A stretch of 57,860 nucleotides of DNA from the NCBI GenBank assembly GCA_937875545.1, contig CALLYE010000139.1:1-57860 (forward strand). The letters are read 5' to 3'. Source of the DNA: an uncultured Clostridia bacterium. GTDB taxonomy: Bacteria > Bacillota > Clostridia > Oscillospirales > CAG-272. Position 1 is the stretch's first letter. Each line of letters begins with the position of its first letter. Below are positions 24,995 through 35,867 of the stretch, piece by piece. The notes under the pieces are model-generated. The model searched no databases. It was given only the letters and a program-made list of their open reading frames with translations, and was not told the DNA's origin. The position numbers and the translations under genes were made by a program.

Positions 24995-27622
24995 ATGACA
25001 CAGAATGAACGTCCCGCAAACAGCGGATATGAATATCCCATAATAGACAGCGCGGAAAAATTCGCCGCTCGGTTGGCGGAGGTCAGAACCGCACAGCGCG
25101 CATACGCGGCCTATTCACAGGAGCAGGTCGATAAAATTTTTAAAGCCGCGGCGATTGCGGCAAATAAAGCGCGTATCCCGCTGGCAAAACTCGCGGTAGA
25201 AGAAACCGGCATGGGTATTGTCGAAGATAAAGTAATTAAAAACAACTACGCTTCCGAATATATCTACAACGCATATAAAAACACGAAAACCTGCGGAGTG
25301 GTTGAAGAAGATAAAGCGTTCGGCATAAAAAAGATAGCCGAACCGCTGGGCGTGATCGCGGCGGTCATTCCGACCACCAACCCCACCTCGACGGCGATAT
25401 TTAAAGCGCTGATCGCCTTAAAAACCCGCAACGGCATCATCATGAGCCCCCACCCGAGGGCGAAAAAATGCACCATCGAGGCCGCGCGCATCGTGCTTGA
25501 AGCCGCGGTCGCGGCGGGCGCGCCCGAAAACCTCATCGGTTGGATCGATGTGCCCAGCCTGGAGCTTACCAACCTTGTAATGAAGGAAGCCGATATAATC
25601 CTTGCCACGGGAGGCCCCGGCATGGTAAAAGCGGCGTATTCGTCGGGCAAACCGGCGATCGGCGTCGGCCCGGGCAACACACCCGCGATAATTGACGAAA
25701 CCGCCGATATCGTGCTCGCGACAAGCTCGATAATCATATCCAAAACATTTGACAACGGCATGATATGCGCGTCCGAGCAGTCGGTTATAGTGCATGACAA
25801 GGTCTATGACGCCGTAAAAGCGGAATTTATAGCGCGCGGCTGTCACTTCCTTAATCCGGAGGAAACGGAAAAGGTTCGCAAGACCATTATAATAAACGGC
25901 GCGCTCAACGCCAAGATCGTCGGTCAAAGAGCGGCGAGGATCGCCGAGCTTGCCGGAGTGAATGTACCGGAAAACACGAAAATCCTGATCGGCGAGGTCG
26001 AGAGCGTCGAGCTGACCGAGGAGTTCGCGCATGAAAAACTCTCGCCCGTGCTGGCGATGTACCGCGCGTCCGATATCGGCGAAGCGTTTGACAAGGCTGA
26101 ACGCCTGATCGCCGACGGCGGCTACGGTCATACCTCGTCGATATACCTCAACGCCGTTACCGAAAAGGTAAAGCTTGATGAATTTGCTCAGCGCATGAAA
26201 ACCTGCCGCATACTCGTCAACACCCCCTCGTCGCACGGCGGCATCGGCGATTTATACAACTTCAAACTTGCTCCGTCGCTCACACTCGGCTGCGGAAGCT
26301 GGGGCGGCAACTCTGTCGCGGAAAACGTGGGCGTGAAGCACCTGCTTAATATTAAAACAGTCGCCGAGAGGAGAGAAAATATGCTGTGGTTCCGCGCGCC
26401 GGAGAAAATTTATTTCAAAAAAGGCAGCCTGAACGTCGCGCTCGACGAGCTGGGCAATGTTCTTGATAAGAAAAAGGCGTTTATCGTCACAGACAACTTC
26501 CTGTATGCAAACGGATATACAAAACCGGTTGAAGCCAAGCTCGGCGAAATGGGCATAACATATACGACCTTCTCAGACGTCGAACCCGATCCCACCCTTG
26601 CCTGCGCGCGCAAAGGCACAGAGCGCATGACGGCGTTTGCGCCCGACGTTATCATCGCGGTCGGCGGCGGCTCGGCGATGGACGCGGCGAAGATCATGTG
26701 GGTGCTGTACGAGCATCCCGAAGCAGACTTCCTTGACATGGCAATGCGCTTCATGGACATCCGCAAGCGCGTCTACACCTTCCCCAAGATGGGCGAAAAG
26801 GCGTATTTCGTCGCCATTCCGACCACCGCGGGCACAGGCTCCGAGGTAACCCCCTTCGCGGTTATCACCGACGAGACTACGGGCGTTAAATATCCGCTTG
26901 CCGATTATGAGCTGATGCCCAAAATGGCAATCGTCGACGCCGACATGATGATGAACGCGCCGAAGGGCTTAACCAGCGCTTCCGGTATCGACGCGGTGAC
27001 ACACGCGCTGGAGGCTTACGCCTCTATGATGGCGACAGACTATACCGACGGGCTGGCGCTGCGCTCGCTGAAGATGATTTTCGACTATCTGCCCCGCGCG
27101 TATGATAACGGCGCAAACGACCCAGTCGCGCGCGAGAAGATGGCAAACGCCGCCACAATGGCGGGTATGGCGTTCGCAAACGCATTCCTCGGCGTATGCC
27201 ACTCGATGGCGCACAAGCTGGGCGCCTTCCACCACCTGCCGCACGGCATCGCTAACGCGCTTATGATAAACCATGTGCTGCGTTTTAACGCGTCCGAAGT
27301 TCCGGTAAAGATGGGCACCTTCTCACAATACGCCTACCCGCACACGCTGGCGCGCTATGCGGAGGTCGCCGATTATCTCGGTATTGGCGGTTCCACAGAC
27401 GAGGAAAAGTTAAACGGGCTTATCGCCGCTATCGAAGCGCTGAAAGCGCGCATCGGAATCAAGCCGACAATCCGCGATTATGTACCCGATGAAGCGGACT
27501 TCCTCGCACGGCTTGACGAGATGACCGAGCAGGCGTTCGACGACCAGTGCACAGGCGCCAACCCGCGCTATCCGCTGATGAGCGAAATCAAACAGATGTA
27601 CCTTGACTCATATTACGGTTGA
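24995..27622 (+). CDS. adhE: Bifunctional acetaldehyde-CoA/alcohol dehydrogenase
   Basis: ATGGPGMVKAAYSSG, CASEQ, LGCGSWGGNS, GGGSAMD, HSMAHKLG. Confidence 0.98.
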   Translation: MTQNERPANSGYEYPIIDSAEKFAARLAEVRTAQRAYAAYSQEQVDKIFKAAAIAANKARIPLAKLAVEETGMGIVEDKVIKNNYASEYIYNAYKNTKTCGVVEEDKAFGIKKIAEPLGVIAAVIPTTNPTSTAIFKALIALKTRNGIIMSPHPRAKKCTIEAARIVLEAAVAAGAPENLIGWIDVPSLELTNLVMKEADIILATGGPGMVKAAYSSGKPAIGVGPGNTPAIIDETADIVLATSSIIISKTFDNGMICASEQSVIVHDKVYDAVKAEFIARGCHFLNPEETEKVRKTIIINGALNAKIVGQRAARIAELAGVNVPENTKILIGEVESVELTEEFAHEKLSPVLAMYRASDIGEAFDKAERLIADGGYGHTSSIYLNAVTEKVKLDEFAQRMKTCRILVNTPSSHGGIGDLYNFKLAPSLTLGCGSWGGNSVAENVGVKHLLNIKTVAERRENMLWFRAPEKIYFKKGSLNVALDELGNVLDKKKAFIVTDNFLYANGYTKPVEAKLGEMGITYTTFSDVEPDPTLACARKGTERMTAFAPDVIIAVGGGSAMDAAKIMWVLYEHPEADFLDMAMRFMDIRKRVYTFPKMGEKAYFVAIPTTAGTGSEVTPFAVITDETTGVKYPLADYELMPKMAIVDADMMMNAPKGLTSASGIDAVTHALEAYASMMATDYTDGLALRSLKMIFDYLPRAYDNGANDPVAREKMANAATMAGMAFANAFLGVCHSMAHKLGAFHHLPHGIANALMINHVLRFNASEVPVKMGTFSQYAYPHTLARYAEVADYLGIGGSTDEEKLNGLIAAIEALKARIGIKPTIRDYVPDEADFLARLDEMTEQAFDDQCTGANPRYPLMSEIKQMYLDSYYG

Positions 27623-27626
27623 CCGG

Positions 27627-27683
27627 CGGGGAGCCGGGGGTATAATTATAAACCGCGACACCCCCGGCACGCCGTTCTCTCCC
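27627..27683 (-). repeat. G5/C5-stem hairpin repeat (family B)
   Basis: Minus strand GGAGAGAACGG...CCGGGGGTGT..ATACCCCCGG-CTCCCCG; same architecture as 39997-40048 and 40176-40226. Confidence 0.65.
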
Positions 27684-27726
27684 AACTGAACTTTAAATAT
27701 AAATTCGTGAAGGGGTGTATAACAAG

Positions 27727-28482
27727 ATGAACATTCAAGCTGATAAAATCATTGCGGTCAGGACTTCCAAAACAGTCTACCGTGACGGTGACACTGTGCT
27801 CAAGGTTTTCGACTCGGATTATTCCAAAGCCGACGTCTTAAGCGAAGCGCTCAATCAGGCGCGCGTAGAAGAAACGGGGCTGAACATACCCAAAGTGCTG
27901 GAGGTGTTCAAACCCGACGGCAAATGGGCGATCCGTTCGGAATTTATCGAAGGAAATACCCTGCAGCGCATGATGGACGAGAATCCCGGCAAAAAAGACG
28001 AATATCTTAATTTATTCGTCGAGCTGCAAATGACGGTCCATCAGAAAGAAGCTCCGCTGCTGGGCAAGCTTAAAGATAAAATGAACCGTAAAATCAACCA
28101 GAGCAACCTTGACGCGCCGACGCGTTATGAATTGAGCACGCGGCTCGAGAGTATGCCGAAGCACAAAAAGCTGTGTCACGGCGATTTCAACCCTTCCAAT
28201 ATTATAATCCGTCCCGACGGAACCCCGTTTATACTCGACTGGTCGCACGCGACGCAGGGCAACGCCTCCGCCGATGTCGCGCGCAGCTATCTGCTGTTCT
28301 GGCTGGCGGGAGATATAGACGGCGCAAACAAATATTTAGACTTGTTCTGCGAAAAGAGCGGTACCGACCGGAAGTATGTACAAAAATGGATGCCTATCGT
28401 CGCGGCGAGCCAGTCGGTGAAGGGCAAACCGCAGGAGCGTGAATTCCTGCTCCGCTGGGTCAATGTGGCGGAATACCAATGA
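27727..28482 (+). CDS. APH/choline-kinase-like phosphotransferase (protein-kinase-like fold)
   Basis: VLKVF, EALNQARVE, LCHGDFNPSNI, ILDW motifs. Confidence 0.85.
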   Translation: MNIQADKIIAVRTSKTVYRDGDTVLKVFDSDYSKADVLSEALNQARVEETGLNIPKVLEVFKPDGKWAIRSEFIEGNTLQRMMDENPGKKDEYLNLFVELQMTVHQKEAPLLGKLKDKMNRKINQSNLDAPTRYELSTRLESMPKHKKLCHGDFNPSNIIIRPDGTPFILDWSHATQGNASADVARSYLLFWLAGDIDGANKYLDLFCEKSGTDRKYVQKWMPIVAASQSVKGKPQEREFLLRWVNVAEYQ

Positions 28483-28543
28483 GCTGTTACATGGCGCAGG
28501 CGCCGTTAAACAGAATGTATATGCATTTGGAGGATATAACGAC

Positions 28544-28783
28544 ATGAAAGTCACGGTTTGTATCGGCAGCTCCTGTCATCTTAAAGGTTCGCGTCAAGTA
28601 GTGGAGCAGCTGCAATATTTAATCGATCAGAACAAGCTCAAAGATAAAATCGAGCTCGGCGGCGCGTTCTGCATGGGTAAGTGCAAGACGGGCGTCAACG
28701 TCACCGTGGACGGCGAGTGCCACTCTGTCTCGCCCGAAACGACGAAAGAATTTTTCGAAAACGAGATAAAAGCGAAGCTGTAG
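28544..28783 (+). CDS. hfsA: Small thioredoxin-like [2Fe-2S] protein (HfsA-like); start corrected
   Basis: VCIGSSCHLKG...FCMGKC; RBS GGAGG. Confidence 0.82.
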   Translation: MKVTVCIGSSCHLKGSRQVVEQLQYLIDQNKLKDKIELGGAFCMGKCKTGVNVTVDGECHSVSPETTKEFFENEIKAKL

Positions 28784-28848
28784 AGCGGTTCCGGCAGTCA
28801 AATTAACCGCGCCGCACACACCCGAAATAAACGGGAAAACAGAAACAT

Positions 28849-30525
28849 ATGGCTGAATTTCTTAAACTTATAAAATCAAACTGTAAAAACTGCTATAAAT
28901 GTATCCGCCATTGCCCGGTGAAGTCGATACGCTTCTCGGGCAACCAGGCGCACATTGTCAGCGATGAATGTATCCTCTGCGGGCAGTGTTTTGTAGTCTG
29001 CCCGCAGAACGCGCGTCAGATAGAGGACGAAACAGAGCTTTCCCGCGTCCTGCTGGACGGCGACAGGCCGGTGATCGCCAGCGTCGCGCCGTCGTTCGCG
29101 GCGTATTTCGAGGGCGTGGGCATAAACGCGCTGCGCGAAGCGCTTATCAAGCTGGGTTTTTCGGACGCCGAAGAAACGGCGCTCGGCGCGACGATGGTCA
29201 AACGCGAATACGAGCGGCTGCTGCGCGAAGAGGCTCAGGATGTTATCATCACCACCTGCTGCCACACGGTGACGCTGCTGGTAGAAAAATATTATCCGGA
29301 GCTTATCGGCTGCCTTGTGCCCGTTAAATCGCCCATGCATGCGCACTGCGAGGACATAAAACGCCGGATTCCGGGCGCGGCGACGATCTTCATCGGCCCG
29401 TGCCTGTCAAAAAAGGATGAAGCGTACGCAAACGGCATCGACGCGGCGCTCACTTTTGACGAGCTGTCGGAGATGTTCGAGCGTGCGGGCATAAAGTTGG
29501 AACAAAAATCCGACAGCGATGACGAGAGCCGCGCGCGTATGTTTCCCGTAACCGGCGGCATTCTGCATACGATGACATATAAAAATCCCGCTTATACTTA
29601 TATGACCGTCGACGGGGTCGAAAATTGCCGCGCGATGCTCGGGGATATCAGAGAGGGCGGTATACACCGCTGCTTTATAGAAATGTCAGCCTGTGTGGGA
29701 AGCTGCTCGGGCGGTCCGATTTTGGTGCGCAACCGCAGCGCTCCGGCGCGCCGTTATAAAGCGGTTGCCGCGTACGCCGGAGAGCGCGATTTTAATGTGG
29801 AACAGCCGCAGCCGTCAGCACTGCGTATCGAGCACAACGCCATAAAGCTGGATAGGGAATACCCGTCCGAGAGTGAAATTACCGAGATCCTGAAAAAGAT
29901 GGGTAAGTTCACCAAAGCCGACGAGCTGAACTGCGGTACCTGCGGTTATGACACCTGCCGCGACAAAGCTGTCGCCATCTACAACGGCAAAGCCGAAATC
30001 AGTATGTGCCTGCCTTATCTGATGGAAAAATCCGAACGTTTCTCGAATAATATACTCGACAACACACCCAACGGAATAATGGTAGTCAACGACAGTCTTG
30101 AGGTACAGGAAATCAACCCCGCCGCGATGAAAATGCTTAACATACGTTATAAAACCGATGTGCTGGGCGAACCGGTGGTGCGGCTGATGGATCCGACGTC
30201 CTTCCTTGACGCGATTGACGGTGTGAAACCCGTGCGCGAAAAGCGGGGATATTTCGCGGAGTATGACAAATATTTTGAGCAGACTATTGTATTCGACCGC
30301 ACGGCGGGCAGCTTGATCGCGCTGTTGCGCGACGTCACCGACGAGGAAACGGAGCGCGCGGATAAAGCCGAGATGTGCAGGCAAACCGTCGAGGTCGCCG
30401 ACCGCGTTGTGGAAAAACAGATGCGTATCGTGCAGGAGATCGCGTCGCTGCTTGGCGAAACAGCCGCGGAAACCAAGATCGCGCTGACAAAACTCAAGGA
30501 GTCGATGCAGCATGACGAGAAGTGA
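28849..30525 (+). CDS. hfsB: Group C sensory [FeFe]-hydrogenase with PAS domain (HydS/HfsB)
   Basis: 2x[4Fe-4S] N-terminus; variant H-cluster motifs TTCCH / GPCLSKKDE / EMSACVGSCSGG; LNCGTCGYDTC; PAS domain; KQMRIVQEIASLLGETAAETK tail. Confidence 0.9.
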   Translation: MAEFLKLIKSNCKNCYKCIRHCPVKSIRFSGNQAHIVSDECILCGQCFVVCPQNARQIEDETELSRVLLDGDRPVIASVAPSFAAYFEGVGINALREALIKLGFSDAEETALGATMVKREYERLLREEAQDVIITTCCHTVTLLVEKYYPELIGCLVPVKSPMHAHCEDIKRRIPGAATIFIGPCLSKKDEAYANGIDAALTFDELSEMFERAGIKLEQKSDSDDESRARMFPVTGGILHTMTYKNPAYTYMTVDGVENCRAMLGDIREGGIHRCFIEMSACVGSCSGGPILVRNRSAPARRYKAVAAYAGERDFNVEQPQPSALRIEHNAIKLDREYPSESEITEILKKMGKFTKADELNCGTCGYDTCRDKAVAIYNGKAEISMCLPYLMEKSERFSNNILDNTPNGIMVVNDSLEVQEINPAAMKMLNIRYKTDVLGEPVVRLMDPTSFLDAIDGVKPVREKRGYFAEYDKYFEQTIVFDRTAGSLIALLRDVTDEETERADKAEMCRQTVEVADRVVEKQMRIVQEIASLLGETAAETKIALTKLKESMQHDEK

Positions 30526-31693
30526 TCTGTGCGCCGACATCGGCTATCTGAGTATCAACCACAGCGGCGAGCAGCTTTGCGGCGACCGCGTGGAACTTAT
30601 CGAGCCGGAGGACGGCGACTCCACTGTGATAGTGCTTGCCGACGGGCTGGGCAGCGGCGTTAAGGCAAACATACTCTCCACGCTGACCTCTAAAATTATC
30701 TCCACCATGCTTGCCGCCGGTCTGCGGCTTGAGGACGCGGTTGAAACAATAATAGCGACACTTCCTGTCTGCTCGGTGCGGGGGATTGCGTATTCGACGT
30801 TTACAATCATCCGCATCGCCGGAAACCGCCGCGCGGAGATAATAATTTATGACAATCCGCGCGTGATAATGATGCGGGGCGGCAAAAATTACGAGCTCGG
30901 GTTTACATCGACCGAAATCGCGGGTAAAAAGATAATCCGCGCGGAAACAGAACTGTGTGAAGGCGACATTATCTTCGCTTTCTCCGACGGCGTGGAGCAC
31001 GCGGGCGTGGGGCGCAGCTATAATTTTGGCTGGAAGCGCGAGGACATCATCAAGTTTATGGCGTCTTTCCCGGGCGTAGGCTTTACCGCCAAAACGCTGA
31101 CCAAAATATTGCTCGACGAAACAAACCGTCTTTACGGCGGAATGCCAGGCGACGACGCGACTGTCTGCACGCTGCTCATCCGCCGGCGCGAGCAGGTGAA
31201 CCTTGTAATCGGCCCCCCCTCGAACCGTGACGATTGCGGGCGCATGATGGCGCTTTTCTTCTCCAAGGAGGGCAAGCACATCATCTGCGGCGGCACGACA
31301 TCGGCGATAGCGGCGGAATATCTGGGTAAGCCGATTAAAACAAGCACGGTCTATATCGATCCGGAGATACCGCCCACCGCCGAGCTGGAGGGCGCGGATT
31401 TGGTGACCGAGGGCATCATAACCTTCAGCCGTGTGCTCGAATACGCCAGAAATTATTTGGATGACAACGACTCGTATAAAAATTGGGGTTACGGCAGGGA
31501 CGGCGCGTCGCAGATTGCGCGGATGCTGTTCGAAGACGCAACGGACATAAACTTTTTTGTAGGCCGCGCTATCAACCCCGCGCACCAGAACCCCAATCTG
31601 CCGATCAACTTTAATATAAAGATGAAGCTGGTCGAGGAAATGACAGAGTGCCTTAAAAAGATGGGCAAGAAGATAAAAGTAAACTATTTTTAA
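30512..31693 (+). CDS. hfsC: SpoIIE/PP2C-family Ser/Thr phosphatase (HfsC)
   Basis: LCGD, VLADGLGSGVKANILS, FSDGV, GDDATV. Confidence 0.9.
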   Translation: MTRSDLCADIGYLSINHSGEQLCGDRVELIEPEDGDSTVIVLADGLGSGVKANILSTLTSKIISTMLAAGLRLEDAVETIIATLPVCSVRGIAYSTFTIIRIAGNRRAEIIIYDNPRVIMMRGGKNYELGFTSTEIAGKKIIRAETELCEGDIIFAFSDGVEHAGVGRSYNFGWKREDIIKFMASFPGVGFTAKTLTKILLDETNRLYGGMPGDDATVCTLLIRRREQVNLVIGPPSNRDDCGRMMALFFSKEGKHIICGGTTSAIAAEYLGKPIKTSTVYIDPEIPPTAELEGADLVTEGIITFSRVLEYARNYLDDNDSYKNWGYGRDGASQIARMLFEDATDINFFVGRAINPAHQNPNLPINFNIKMKLVEEMTECLKKMGKKIKVNYF

Positions 31694-31717
31694 GATTTTC
31701 CGAGGTAAAAAAATCAG

Positions 31718-32194
31718 ATGAGTACAAAATTCGATTATAAGGCTGTGGATGCGATAATTGACGCGCACGACGGCAGCGCGCGCGCGATTATCTCCATATT
31801 GCAGGAAATACAGGAGCACTACCATTACCTGCCGCGCGAAGTGTTTCCCTATCTGTCGAACAAATTAGGCATCAGCGAAGCGAAAGCATACAGCGTCGCG
31901 ACTTTTTATGAAAACTTCTCACTGGAGCCAAAGGGCAAATTTGTTATTAAAATCTGCGACGGTACGGCGTGCCATGTAAGACGTTCGATACCGATACTTG
32001 AAAAACTGCGCGGCGAACTGGGGCTGTCCGAGAGCAAAAAGACGACCGACGACCAAAATTTCACGCTCGAAACGGTTTCCTGCCTCGGCGCGTGCGGACT
32101 TGCGCCCGTCATCACGGTCAACGACAAGGTCTATCCCGCGATGACGCCGGAAAAAGCGTCGGAGCTGCTTAAAACGCTGAAGGAGGAAATATAA
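31718..32194 (+). CDS. hydC: Electron-bifurcating hydrogenase gamma subunit (NuoE-like)
   Basis: VATFY, ICDGTACH, SCLGACGLAP. Confidence 0.93.
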   Translation: MSTKFDYKAVDAIIDAHDGSARAIISILQEIQEHYHYLPREVFPYLSNKLGISEAKAYSVATFYENFSLEPKGKFVIKICDGTACHVRRSIPILEKLRGELGLSESKKTTDDQNFTLETVSCLGACGLAPVITVNDKVYPAMTPEKASELLKTLKEEI

Positions 32195-32195
32195 A

Positions 32196-34067
32196 GTGTT
32201 TAAAAATAGAGAAGAATTAATCACATTTCGCGATGAAATTAAAAAATCACTTGAAAAACAGAAAATAAAACTGCTGGTCTGTGCCGGTACGGGCTGCGTA
32301 GCGGGCGGATCGCTTGAAATATATAAGCGTCTGACAGATTTGATGACCGAGCGGGGACTGCCTTATTCTGTCGTGCTCGAGGAAGAACCGCACGGCGATA
32401 CGGTGGGTATGAAAAAATGCGGCTGCCACGGTTTTTGTGAGATGGGGCCGCTGCTCCGCGTCGAGCCGCAGGGCTGGCTTTACACCAAAGTTAAGATCGA
32501 GGACTGCGAAGAAATTATCGACCGCACAGTTATAGGCGGCGAACTTATAGAGCGTCTTGCCTACCATAAAAACGGCGAGGTTTATCCGAAACAGAGCGAA
32601 ATTCCGTTTTATAAAAAGCAAACCCGCGTCGTGCTCGAAAACTGCGGGCATGTCGACGCCGAATCGATAAACGAGTACATCGCGATAGGCGGTTATACCG
32701 CTCTCGAGCGCGTGCTGTTCGATTTAAACGGCAGCGAGGTTGTTAAGATTGTAAAAGATTCCGGTCTGCGCGGCAGAGGCGGCGCCGGCTTCCCAGCGGG
32801 TATCAAGTGGGAAACCGTGCGCGGTCTTGAAGCGGATCAAAAATACATCCTGTGCAATGGCGACGAGGGCGACCCCGGCGCGTTTATGGACCGCAGCATC
32901 ATGGAGGGCGACCCCCACCGCGTGCTTGAAGGCATGATGATCGCGGGCGCCGCTACCGGCGCGACCGAGGGCTATATATACGTCCGCGCCGAATATCCGC
33001 TTGCTGTCGCAAGGCTTGTGAACGCGATAAAACAGGCGAAGGAAAAGGGTCTTTTAGGCAAAAACATACTCGGTACAGACTTTTCGTTTGATGTGCATAT
33101 AAACCGCGGTGCCGGTGCGTTCGTATGCGGTGAAGAAACGGCGCTGATCGCGTCGATCGAGGGCGAACGCGGTTTCCCGCGCGTACGCCCGCCGCTGACG
33201 GTTATAAAAGGTTTGTTCGGCAAGCCGACTGTGCCTAACAACGTCGAAACATATGCCAACGTGCCGCAAATCATTAACCACGGCGCGGAATGGTTCAAAT
33301 CCATGGGCTGCCCGGGCAACGCCGGTACAAAGGCGTTCGCGCTGACCGGCAACATAGAGAATACCGGACTTATCGAGGTGCCGATGGGCACAACGCTGCG
33401 CGAGATTATATATGATATCGGCGGCGGCTGCCGCGGCGGCGCGGAGTTCAAGGCTGTGCAGATCGGCGGCCCCTCGGGCGGCTGTCTGACACGCGAGCAT
33501 CTGGACATGCCGCTTGATTATGACTCGCTGAAAACCGTCGGCGCCATCATCGGTTCGGGCGGACTGGTCGTCATGGACGAGCACACCTGTATGGTGGAGG
33601 TCGCGCGTTTCTTCATGCACTTCACGCAGAACGAATCGTGCGGCAAGTGCGTCCCCTGCCGTGAGGGCACCAAGCGCATGCTTGAAATCCTCGAGCGTAT
33701 CGTCGAGGGCAAAGGCGAGATGAGCGATCTTGACACGCTCGCCGAGCTGTCGGATATGATCATCGCCACCGCGCTTTGCGGGCTGGGCAAAACGGCTCCG
33801 AACCCGGTGCGCAGCACACTGCAGCATTTCCGTGACGAGTATGTGGCGCATATAAACGGCACCTGTCCGACCGGAACCTGCAAGAAGCTTAAAAAAATAC
33901 GCATCGAACCCACCGAATGCCGCGGCTGCTCCAAGTGCACGAAGGTCTGCCCGGTCAACGCGATTTCGGGTAAGATTAAAGAACCGTTCGTGATTGACCA
34001 AAACAAGTGCATTAAGTGCGAGGCGTGTATCATATCGTGCCCGTTCCACGCGATTAAAACAGTTTAA
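32196..34067 (+). CDS. hydB: Electron-bifurcating hydrogenase beta subunit (NuoF-like)
   Basis: GLRGRGGAGFP, CNGDEGDPGAFMDR, ESCGKCVPCREG, C-terminal 2x[4Fe-4S]. Confidence 0.95.
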   Translation: MFKNREELITFRDEIKKSLEKQKIKLLVCAGTGCVAGGSLEIYKRLTDLMTERGLPYSVVLEEEPHGDTVGMKKCGCHGFCEMGPLLRVEPQGWLYTKVKIEDCEEIIDRTVIGGELIERLAYHKNGEVYPKQSEIPFYKKQTRVVLENCGHVDAESINEYIAIGGYTALERVLFDLNGSEVVKIVKDSGLRGRGGAGFPAGIKWETVRGLEADQKYILCNGDEGDPGAFMDRSIMEGDPHRVLEGMMIAGAATGATEGYIYVRAEYPLAVARLVNAIKQAKEKGLLGKNILGTDFSFDVHINRGAGAFVCGEETALIASIEGERGFPRVRPPLTVIKGLFGKPTVPNNVETYANVPQIINHGAEWFKSMGCPGNAGTKAFALTGNIENTGLIEVPMGTTLREIIYDIGGGCRGGAEFKAVQIGGPSGGCLTREHLDMPLDYDSLKTVGAIIGSGGLVVMDEHTCMVEVARFFMHFTQNESCGKCVPCREGTKRMLEILERIVEGKGEMSDLDTLAELSDMIIATALCGLGKTAPNPVRSTLQHFRDEYVAHINGTCPTGTCKKLKKIRIEPTECRGCSKCTKVCPVNAISGKIKEPFVIDQNKCIKCEACIISCPFHAIKTV

Positions 34068-34071
34068 TTGT

Positions 34072-34124
34072 TGCAGGGGCGTCGGCTCTGCCGCCTGTTA
34101 CAGGGGTAGGAGCGACCGCCCGCG
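34072..34124 (+). repeat. Degenerate REP-like sequence between hydB and hydA
   Basis: tgcaggggcgtcgg...ccgcc and gtaggagcgaccgcc resemble 17207-17231. Confidence 0.4.
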
Positions 34125-34154
34125 ATATAAATGCGATTGAGGTATTAGTTATAA

Positions 34155-35867
34155 ATGAAAGGCGAATTTGTAAATATTGACGGAATGCCCGTCGAGATTG
34201 GAAATGAAAAAAATCTGCTTGAGCTGATACGCAAAGCGGGCGTGAAAATGCCTACCTTCTGCTATCATTCCGAGCTTTCAGTTTACGGCGCGTGCCGCAT
34301 GTGCATGGTCGAAAACGAGCGCGGGCAGCTTGACGCCGCCTGCTCGACGCCGCCGCGCGCCGGCATGTCGGTGAGAACCAACACCGAGCGGCTGCGTAAA
34401 TACCGCAAAATGATCCTCGAGCTGCTGCTCGCCAACCACTGCCGCGACTGCACCACCTGCGACAGCAACGGCAAATGCAAACTTCAGGATCTGGCGGACG
34501 CGTTCCACATCGAAGGCGTGCGTTTCCCCAACACATCACCCAAACCGATAGTTGACGATTCGTCGCTGTGCATCGTCAAAGATATAAGCAAATGCATACT
34601 CTGCGGCGACTGCGTGCGCGAATGTAACGAGATCCAGAACGTCGGCGCGATAGATTTCGCGCGCCGCGGCTCGAAAATGGTTATCAGCACGGCATTTGAA
34701 GTCCCGATAGCCGATTCGCCCTGCGTGGGCTGCGGTCAGTGCTCGGCGGTGTGTCCGACAGGCGCGCTGGTGGTGCGCAACGACACCGCGAAGGTCTGGA
34801 AAGCCATCGACGACAAGAACATAAAAGTTACAGCGCAGATCGCGCCCGCAGTACGCGTCGCGATCGGCCGCGAATTAAAGCTGCGCGACGGCGAAAACGC
34901 CATGGGCAAGATAGTCGCCGCGCTGCGCCGCATCGGTTTCGACGAGGTGTATGACACCTCTGCCGGCGCCGACCTGACGGTGCTTGAAGAATCGGAAGAA
35001 TTCCTGAGCAGAATAGAAAAAGGCGAAGATTTACCGATTTTCACCTCCTGCTGCCCCGCTTGGGTACGCTATTGCGAAAAGAAGCATCCGGAGCTGCTGC
35101 ACAATGTTTCAACCTGCCGCTCGCCGATGGAAATGTTCGCGTCGGTGCTCAAGGAACTTAATAAATACGAGTCACAAAAGCTGTTCCATGTCGCAGTTAT
35201 GCCCTGTACCGCCAAAAAGTTCGAGGCAGAGCGCGACGAGTTTAAGATGGACGGAATGCCCAACGTTGACGCGGTGATAACCACACAGGAATTGATCCGC
35301 ATGATAAAGGAATCGGGCGTTATCTTTGACGAGCTTGCTCCCGAAGCCGTTGACATGCCGTTCGGCACCATATCCGGCGCGGGCGTTATCTTCGGTGTTA
35401 CTGGCGGCGTCACCGAGGCTGTGCTCCGCAGGGTGTCAAGCAACAAATCGCGTTCGGGACTCCTGCAGCTCGCAAACATCGGCGCGAGGGGCGGCGAGGG
35501 CATTAAAGAGTTTAACGTGCCTTACGGCGATAAAAAGCTGCACATCGCGGTAGTCAGCGGACTGCGCAACGCGGAAAACATCATCGGGCGCATCAAGGCT
35601 GGCGAACATTTTGACCTTGTCGAGGTTATGGCATGTCCGGGCGGCTGTGTATGCGGCGCGGGTCAGCCGTTCACCGCAGCCGAGGGTAAACACGACCGCG
35701 CGGAAGGGATTTATACCGCTGACAGCACCTCGAGCATCCGCCGCTCGGAAGAAAACCCGCTGATGACCGCTCTATATGACGGGATACTCAAGGGTCACAT
35801 CCACGAGCTGCTGCATGTCCATTACGGCACACATTCCGCAGGGGAGAGGGAACACGGCAATGACTGA
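34155..35867 (+). CDS. hydA: Group A3 [FeFe]-hydrogenase catalytic subunit
   Basis: FTSCCPAW, MPCTAKKFE, EVMACPGGCVCGAGQP; N-terminal Fe-S domains. Confidence 0.96.
   Translation: MKGEFVNIDGMPVEIGNEKNLLELIRKAGVKMPTFCYHSELSVYGACRMCMVENERGQLDAACSTPPRAGMSVRTNTERLRKYRKMILELLLANHCRDCTTCDSNGKCKLQDLADAFHIEGVRFPNTSPKPIVDDSSLCIVKDISKCILCGDCVRECNEIQNVGAIDFARRGSKMVISTAFEVPIADSPCVGCGQCSAVCPTGALVVRNDTAKVWKAIDDKNIKVTAQIAPAVRVAIGRELKLRDGENAMGKIVAALRRIGFDEVYDTSAGADLTVLEESEEFLSRIEKGEDLPIFTSCCPAWVRYCEKKHPELLHNVSTCRSPMEMFASVLKELNKYESQKLFHVAVMPCTAKKFEAERDEFKMDGMPNVDAVITTQELIRMIKESGVIFDELAPEAVDMPFGTISGAGVIFGVTGGVTEAVLRRVSSNKSRSGLLQLANIGARGGEGIKEFNVPYGDKKLHIAVVSGLRNAENIIGRIKAGEHFDLVEVMACPGGCVCGAGQPFTAAEGKHDRAEGIYTADSTSSIRRSEENPLMTALYDGILKGHIHELLHVHYGTHSAGEREHGND

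Noticed and set aside
27727-28482. Aminoglycoside resistance gene
   Set aside because: An APH fold alone is insufficient; the context is fermentative metabolism, with no mobile-element hallmarks.
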